Both the position numbers and the translations under genes were made by a program. A model generated the notes under the pieces. That model was not told the DNA's origin, searched no databases, and saw only the letters and a program-made list of their open reading frames with translations. A stretch of DNA of 64,000 bases from Chloropicon primus (Eukaryota): positions 62,001 through 126,000 of the forward strand of contig CP060767.1 in the NCBI GenBank assembly GCA_023205875.1. Direction: 5' to 3'. Every line of letters starts with the position of its first letter. Position 1 is the first letter of the stretch. Positions 55,674 to 64,000 of the stretch are shown here, piece by piece.

Positions 55674-55991
55674 GAACGACATCGATCGAGTACAAGCATG
55701 AGTATGATCTGACCCTCCTTTAATGTCCAGTTCCTGTGGATCGACCTGAGAAAGTACCTGAGTGAGAGATCGTGGGAGGCGGAAAAGACGCTGTGGACAG
55801 GCCTCGCCAAAGATGCAAAGGTCCTCTTCACTCCTGGCAAGGACTGTCACGCCAAGGCGCCGGGCTTCTTCAGGGTCTGCTTCGCCTGGGTGCCGGAGCA
55901 AGCCCTCGTGATCGCGGTGGACAGGATCGTTCGACACCTGAGGAAGAACCAGTTGGACATCCCGATGCTGAAAAATTTGCTTGCCGAATGA
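54391..55991 (+). CDS. ACC-synthase-like PLP-dependent aminotransferase (class I/II), join(54391..55626,55731..55991)
   Basis: LLIAENKL, PSPYYPAF, TNPHNPLG, HVVSDEIYA, GFSKDFCASGLRIG (PLP Lys), AGMFLWIDL, PGFFRVCFA; N-terminal TM segment. Confidence 0.9.
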
Positions 55992-56149
55992 GTGAATGCA
56001 TTGCTAGGCTCTCCTCCGATCGATCCATCCATCCATCCACCAGTGCGGTCCCGCGGTGTATAACTTACAGTTATTAATACAAACATTAACAAACAAACAA
56101 AAACTTTTCCTTTGCCTAAGCAAGGGGATCGCCAGCGGGCAACTCTCGT

Positions 56150-57007
56150 TCAATCGAGGAAGGCTCCCATCCAATACGGCGTTTCCACGTTGGGGTCCAA
56201 TCCGTTCTTCTTGTAATAGTCCTGGTGAAACTCCTCGGCAACCCAAAACGTCGTTGCTCTTCTTAGCCTGACCGCCAGCTTTCTGTTCCCCCGGCGGAGA
56301 GATTCTTTCTCCAAGGCATCCAGCGCAGCCCGCTCCTGCGAAGCAGTGGAGAAAAAGATCGCAGGGCGGTATTGAGGCCCCCGGTTCGCTTCCTGCCCCC
56401 TGTCGTCCGTTGGGTCGATGGCGTCGAGAAACGAGCGCATGGAGATCTTTGTAGCCTCCTGTAGCTCCTCCTCGGTCAAGCTCTTGTCGAATGTGACGCG
56501 AACAACCTCCACGTGGCCGCTCTTCCGGCTCTGAACCTTGCCATACGTAGGATTGCGCAGTAATCCGCCCATGTAACCGCACTCGGTATTCACCACACCC
56601 TCCACCTCCACCTCGTCCAGCGCTCTCTGCAGGCACCAGAAGCACCCACCAGCAAATGCTATAAACCCCTTCCCCTCCGGATCATCCAGCCCAGTCCCTT
56701 CTGTGAGAATCTCATTCACAGCTGGTGAGAGGTCCGGTTCACCGTGCAGGGTCTCCGCCACAAAAGCCGCCCAAATCACTGGCCTGAACCATCCCCTTCC
56801 ACCATCACCACTACCACCATTCTCCGCCTCTTGCTCGCTACCCTTGCTCCTCAACCTCGTTGTGCTTGAGGAACCTGATGTTATCAACCGATGCATCGAT
56901 GTGCGATGCCCCTGGAGCCTCCGCCACCCTCGACTCGATCTCCCTTCCGGACACAACACTCCATGGCATCCCCGAGCCACAACATCCATCCCAGCAGAGG
57001 GAAGCAT
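56150..57007 (-). CDS. MSRA: Peptide methionine sulfoxide reductase A, organelle-targeted
   Basis: FAGGCFW, GYMGG..NPTY, GHVEVV, DPT...QG...GPQYR.AIF, AEEFHQDYY. Confidence 0.93.
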   Translation of the reverse strand: MLPSAGMDVVARGCHGVLCPEGRSSRGWRRLQGHRTSMHRLITSGSSSTTRLRSKGSEQEAENGGSGDGGRGWFRPVIWAAFVAETLHGEPDLSPAVNEILTEGTGLDDPEGKGFIAFAGGCFWCLQRALDEVEVEGVVNTECGYMGGLLRNPTYGKVQSRKSGHVEVVRVTFDKSLTEEELQEATKISMRSFLDAIDPTDDRGQEANRGPQYRPAIFFSTASQERAALDALEKESLRRGNRKLAVRLRRATTFWVAEEFHQDYYKKNGLDPNVETPYWMGAFLD

Positions 57008-57213
57008 CACGAACGACAATGAGGGTGAAATGCTTCAATCAAGGTATCGTTGGAAAGATCACGAGAAGTAGTTTCGCATGATACGTTCCTCTCCTCCGTA
57101 TCCTCCGTCCTTTCCTTCCTCCGTACGGCGTTCCTCATGGATTGCGCATCAGTTGGCGCGCCCTCCGTTTTTGAATAGAGAGACAGACAGAGAGAGAGGA
57201 CGGACGAGGACGG

Positions 57214-57404
57214 AGGAAGCGGAGTTTCGAGGGGTCTGGACGCGCACGGAGGGGGAAGAGAGAGACGGAGGTTGAAGTACAAGGAACCTGCGTCTCGTGG
57301 GCTTTCCAACGAGCCCTCGCTTGAAGGAAGAGGCGAAAGGGTGAGGATTGGAGGACCCGAAAGAGGTGAGGCATCGACAGGCGAGAGGGAGAGGGAGAGG
57401 AGGG
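57214..57404 (-). repeat. ~190-bp dispersed repeat, copy 2
   Basis: Reverse complement of 50138..50327. Confidence 0.93.
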
Positions 57405-57592
57405 AGAGGGAGAGAAGGCGACGGGGAAGGAGAGGGAGAGAGGGAACGCGGTCGGAAGCGGAAGGGTATTCCTCGTCTCGTTACCTTTGGAAAGAGTCCT
57501 CGCTTGAAGAGCCTGGTGCGGCAAAGGTCGACGACATCTTGGGTTTGAGTTTGTGCCAACGCAGGAAGGGGACGTGAGGTGGTAGGTGGTGA

Positions 57593-59392
<1,800 letters not shown>

Positions 59393-59428
59393 TCTTATCT
59401 ATTATTAAACTTTACATGACTATTTATT

Positions 59429-59965
59429 TCATCCAAGGCCCAGAAGAGGAGGAGGACCACGAATTGGAGCACTTGCACCAAAATGCGAACCGAGGAGGAC
59501 CTCCATCCATTCATTAGCCAGCACAACCCCGTTCAAGCTCTCAGTCCAGGACTCCAGAGGGATCTCTCGATCTCCTCGGCCTAGATCTCCTCTGAGGGAT
59601 GAGCGTCGTGGTGGACCTCCTGGAGCGAGGCGAGGGCGAGTCCCGCACGACAGGGGAAGGGCAAGAAGATCGTGGCCCGCGATGCAGGACTCGAACCAGA
59701 TGGCTTGACTTGCTTCCGGGACGACCTGGCGCTTTGGAGGTCGACAACACACGTTGCTCCCTCGATTGTCTGCTTGCAGAGGTGATGTGATATGGTCAGG
59801 TGGGTTGGAAGGAATCTCGTTGCTCATGCTTCCTCCGTGATGATTGGACTGACGCGTTCTTTTCTCGCTGGTGCCACTCGGTCTGTGGGCGTGCAGTACG
59901 TCCTCCCCGTTCTCCTGGTGAATGGCGTCCTTCTTGCAGTGTTCCTCATCATCTTCCTGTGACAT
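59429..59965 (-). CDS. Hypothetical protein (178 aa)
   Basis: ATG-started ORF filling the gap between convergent gene ends, with a weak copy of the recurring upstream element at ~60030; no homology recognised. Confidence 0.3.
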   Translation of the reverse strand: MSQEDDEEHCKKDAIHQENGEDVLHAHRPSGTSEKRTRQSNHHGGSMSNEIPSNPPDHITSPLQADNRGSNVCCRPPKRQVVPEASQAIWFESCIAGHDLLALPLSCGTRPRLAPGGPPRRSSLRGDLGRGDREIPLESWTESLNGVVLANEWMEVLLGSHFGASAPIRGPPPLLGLG

Positions 59966-60160
59966 GAAGTTTCAAACCTAAAGCGTTCGAGAGGCTTTGA
60001 GACGGAAGACAAAGGTGGCTTGAGAGAGAGGAAGGGTCGTTCGACAGGCTGGAAGGGAACGCGATCTTCCACTCCTCCTAGGCATTGTAAACAAGTTTCT
60101 GTAAACATGGGTGTGGGCTCGGAGTTTGGTCTATACTAAATACTCTACGCTGCTTGGCTG

Positions 60161-61072
60161 CTAGTGCTGTGGTGGCGGTGGAGGGTGGCCTGAGATCGGG
60201 CAAGGCAGGCCATACTTGGCGCACGTCTCGTAAATGTTCATTTTGAGACGGTCCAGGCCGGCTGTCATGCTGTCCAGCGCGGGCCTCGCGTGGACCTCGA
60301 ATGCTTCCATGGTTCCCGCCTTCTCCTCGTCAAAGTAAAAGTCGATGACGTACCTCACCTCCTCCCCGTTTCTGTCCACGTACCAGTCGTGCCTGTCGAA
60401 GGGGGTCTCCCCGTAAAACACGGACCTCATCCTGGCCATCGGACTCAAATCGTGTGGCCTGCCAAGGAACCTCGCCAGCTTGGGCTTGTTGCCCTCGTAC
60501 TCCTTGGAGTGGAGGGACTCCCACCTCTTCACAAGCTCCCAAGTCCGCTCGTTCATTCCGTTGTGGAAGAAGACAACGTTCTCCATGTCCTCCTCGTCCA
60601 CCCCATCCGCCTTGCCCTTCCTGTTCAACGCGTTGAAGAACATCTGGGGCGAAGGGTACTGCCAAGTGGACTGCGTACCGCCTTTGGGGATGCTAGACTT
60701 CTCTCGAGATATCGACAGCGCCTTCCTCTGCCCCACAGAGGGCTGCTGGTTCGCCTCAAGGGGCATGTTGTTCTTCGAGTCTATCGTCCCCGTGCCCCTC
60801 CCACCCCAACCCAAGTTCCATATCGAACGAAACTTCGCCTCCTCCTTGCTCGCCTCGCTGCTGGCCACCTGCTGGTCTATCCTCTGGTTGTACACGTTGT
60901 ACACCGGAGACGACCCTGAGGTCGACGGGCCGAGGTCCACGGGACACGGCGCACTCTCATTACTCCCTCCACCTTCGCCATACCCGCAAGGTGGCGGAGG
61001 CTTACCACTACCAGCACCAGCACCAGCAGCCGTCACACTGCTGGACGCGTCTTTCCCCTGTGTCTGTCCCAT
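60161..61072 (-). CDS. HCCS: Holocytochrome c synthase (cytochrome c heme lyase)
   Basis: CPV heme motif, REKSSIP, WQYPSPQMFFNALNRKG, HNGMNERTW, PFDRHDW, VRYVIDFY, RPALDS. Confidence 0.96.
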   Translation of the reverse strand: MGQTQGKDASSSVTAAGAGAGSGKPPPPCGYGEGGGSNESAPCPVDLGPSTSGSSPVYNVYNQRIDQQVASSEASKEEAKFRSIWNLGWGGRGTGTIDSKNNMPLEANQQPSVGQRKALSISREKSSIPKGGTQSTWQYPSPQMFFNALNRKGKADGVDEEDMENVVFFHNGMNERTWELVKRWESLHSKEYEGNKPKLARFLGRPHDLSPMARMRSVFYGETPFDRHDWYVDRNGEEVRYVIDFYFDEEKAGTMEAFEVHARPALDSMTAGLDRLKMNIYETCAKYGLPCPISGHPPPPPQH

Positions 61073-61916
61073 CACGCACGCAGCAACTCCCAGAATTCCA
61101 ACGTAACCGAAAAACACCTCTCCCGAGCGCTACACTACGTTACGCTACGCTGCGTTACTCTCTCTCTCTCTCTCTCAATGGCAATGGCAATGGCAATGGC
61201 AGAAAGTCTGAAGCAGCTGTCTGTCTTGGTGTCGTCGATGCCTTTTCCCGTCGTTGTTTTTTTCGAGCGAATGGTCTTTCGAAAGAGGGAGACGACAAGG
61301 TTTCGTGTGTTCGGTCCTCCTCCTCCTTCTGTCCCTCCGCCGCGCGCTCTTGGCCTCGCCTTCTCTCTCTCTCTCTCTCCTCCGCAGCCAGGGGACACGC
61401 TCAGACTGAAAAAGGAAAACGCTCGAGCCGAGCAGCAGCAGAGAGGGAGGGAGAAAGGTGAGTGCAGGGAGCGAGGACGAGGGCGGAGGGGACGGAGGAG
61501 TTGAAAGAACGAACCGTCGTGTCGCGATCTTTCGAAAGACCATTCGCTCGAAAGGAATGGCGTCCTGGTGAGGATGTGGAGACACTGAAAAGAAACGCCA
61601 TCCAGGTTTGTTGTTTCTCGCCACGGAGAGAGGTGAGGTGAGTGTCCGAGGAGGGAGGCGTGGCCATGGAGGAGGGAGCGTGGAAGCGGGACGAGGAGTG
61701 GCACATTCTTCGTATCGTGATCTCTCGTTCGACCCATCACTCGAAAGACCTCGTGCCTTGGTGAGGATCCACTGATGAGAAGATCTCTGTGTTTTGATGG
61801 ATGGTTGGATGGATGATGGCGATGGCAGTTGGCACGGCCAAGGAGAAGGAGAAGGAGAAGGAGAAGGGGGTTGCTGAAGGAGGGAGGCGTGAGTGGTTGA
61901 AGAAGCCCCGGGAGTG

Positions 61917-62639
61917 ATGGAGGTTGTCAAGGCACCGAACGTGAAGTGGGCTCAGAGGAAGGACAGGCTGTTGGTCACCGTGGAGTGCCAGAACTGCAAG
62001 GAACCCAAGCTGCGAATAGAAAACGATGAGAAGGAGGGTTGCGGGGTCCTTGCTCTGTCGGGTGAAGGCACAAGGGACGGGAAGCCGTGCTCCTACGGCC
62101 TGTCACTGGAGCTGTTCGGGGAGCTGAATAAGGACGAGAGCAAAGTCAGTGTTGGGGATAGGAAGATCGTTCTCGTGCTGCTGAAAAGCAAGAGCGGGCC
62201 GCACTGGCCCCGTCTGCTCAAGGCGAAAGGGAAGGCGCCGCAAAACATCAAGGTGGACTGGGACTTGTACATGGACTCCGACGAGGAGGAGGAGCAGGAG
62301 AAGAAGTCGAATTTCGACATCGGAACCCTCGACGACTTTTCAGTAAGTGGTGGTCCGCTTTTATTGTCTTCCGCTCGTTTGCTTGGATTGGCGAAACTAA
62401 CGGAGTCCCTCCCTCGGCTCGGCTTCACAACAAAACCGCAGAAATTCGATGACCCACTTGACAAGGACGTGCACACGGACAGCGAAGACAGCGACGATGA
62501 AGGTAGGTAACCGCCATCGCGTCGTCGTGATCAAGGGCGTTCAAATGCCTTGTAACGCTTGCTCCAGGTGGTTCGATTCTCGCTGACTCGTCTCTCTTCG
62601 TCTGATCGGATTGCAGACCTCCCAGACTTGGTGAATTGA
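61917..62639 (+). CDS. p23/SBA1 HSP90 co-chaperone, join(61917..62342,62442..62502,62617..62639)
   Basis: PNVKWAQR, WPRLLK, KVDWD..DSDEEE, C-terminal DSDDEDLPDL after splicing. Confidence 0.92.
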
Positions 62640-62742
62640 GTGAGGAGAATATTGTGGCACAGAATGATCTATAGGTGAACATTTAATATACTACTGCAAG
62701 CTTGCGGGCGTCCCATCGGCACGACGACGACTTGGGTGGCCA

Positions 62743-63512
62743 TCACGCGGTTTTAACGAGATTATTCATGTGCACCGAAGCGAGCTCCGCGTACTTCTTT
62801 GCTGATACTGGAAGAAAATCCTTTTCCTTTTCCGTCAGGTCTCGCATGTATCGAGCTGGCCTTCCTCCCCAAATCTCCCCGCTCGGTATTGTCTTCCCAG
62901 GTGTGAGCAGGGATCCCGCTGCAAGCATGCTCCCTCGGCTCATGACGCAGCCATCCATGACCACGGCACCCATTCCAACAAAGCTCAAGTCTTCCAACGT
63001 GCAACTGTGCTCGACGACGACGAAGACAGAGAACGAGAGGTCAGCTCTCAGGAATCTCAAACACTGCAAGCGCCAGGAGAGGGAAGAATGGGAGAGGGGG
63101 ATGGAGATGGCGCGGCAAAACTTACGCATGGAGCAAGGCCATGTGACCCACAGTGACCTGGTTGCCAATCACCGTTGGCAAGCTGGTTCCTTGAGCATTA
63201 TGTTTCGCGACGTGAATAACAGTGCCATCTTGTATGTTAGTCTCCTCCCCTATCCTGATCTCGTTCACGTCTCCTCGAAGGACCTGTCAGTGCATCAAAA
63301 CGGTGGCCAGGGTCAGTCAAGAGGACGACGGCAATCCAAAACGCAATTCTGTAAGGGCTTACGCAATTGTACCAAACGGAGCTTCCGTTCCCGATGGTCA
63401 CGTCTCCAACAACAGAAGCAGAAGGAGCTAGGAACACTTTCGAGGCGTCGAAGTTTGGCTTGCCGATCCCTTCGAGAGCCCAAGTGGAGAGCCTCCTCCT
63501 TGCGCAAAGCAT
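62743..63512 (-). CDS. Gamma carbonic anhydrase-like protein, complement join(63363..63512,63126..63283,62743..63004)
   Basis: FLAPSASVVGDV.IG..SSVWYNCVLRGDVN, hexapeptide repeats, FVGMGA, IPSGEIWGGRPA. Start uncertain. Confidence 0.9.
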
Positions 63513-64000
63513 CGCGAAGACGGTGCCCCTCTCTGGTGTCTGAGCGAAGCAAAAAAACTAATCAATCAGTCGTCATTCCTCGCCAAGGGCACCAAATCCT
63601 TCGAGTTAGGGGTCAGCGGAAAGATCGAGAGACGAAGGTTTCATCTGTATCCCCCTCCCTCGCCCCATCCATCCCAACCGCCCTCCCTTTCCTCCAAGGC
63701 ACGACAGTTACTCCACTCACCTCCCTCCTCTCGCTTTTCCCTGAGGTGCCTCCATCCCATAGACAATTCTTGAGAGGTCGAGCAGAGAGAGGTGAGTTTG
63801 GGTTTGATGGAGAGTTTGAGGGCAGAAGGACGGGAGAGAAGGATAAAGGTTTCGCATATAGGAATCGATACATCTTACGATCTTTCTTTTAAGCCCTTTC
63901 TCGAACGATTTGGCGTCCTATGGAAGAATTGAGGCTGAAACAAAGTCTGTTCTCGTTTCTCGTTTGCGTTTGCTTGGTTGGTGTTTGATGGCAATAGCTA

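Noticed and set aside
56620..56660. MsrA as a selenoprotein
   Set aside because: The active site GGCFW uses a Cys codon, not TGA.
62702..63892. 396-aa plus-strand ORF
   Set aside because: Antisense to the spliced gamma-CA gene, non-ATG start, no protein features.

Overview
Gene-dense, GC-rich nuclear DNA of a compact green alga (plastid-targeted CHLH, PsaH and TyrA; short GT-AG introns; microsatellite-rich UTRs). A picoplanktonic Chloropicon/prasinophyte-type genome is an inference. About 38 protein-coding genes are supportable, mostly housekeeping: TyrA, ERCC1, CAP, SLD5, CHLH, SPF30, PFDN4, PHB2, APC2, PsaH, RTF2, EBP2, SGT1, MogA, CDKC, SF3B4, USO1, AP3S, NOP56, MsrA, katanin p60, HCCS, p23, gamma-CA. 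The main signals are non-coding and missed by the ORF track: (1) a circularly permuted tRNA-Glu(UUC) gene (3' half before 5' half, BHB motif at 37/38, upstream TATA-like tract, T5 terminator), next to a frameshifted, truncated Pol III RPC82/RPC3 copy; (2) two intronic dual-guide C/D snoRNAs (snR60/U80-like and U36a-like); (3) a degenerate ~45-bp element around GAAAG-N13-SBTTC that recurs about 20 times, almost only upstream of genes and with a strong orientation bias; (4) a ~190-bp near-identical inverted duplication of a promoter segment 7 kb apart. Gene names come from recalled family motifs, not database searches; exon boundaries were read by eye.
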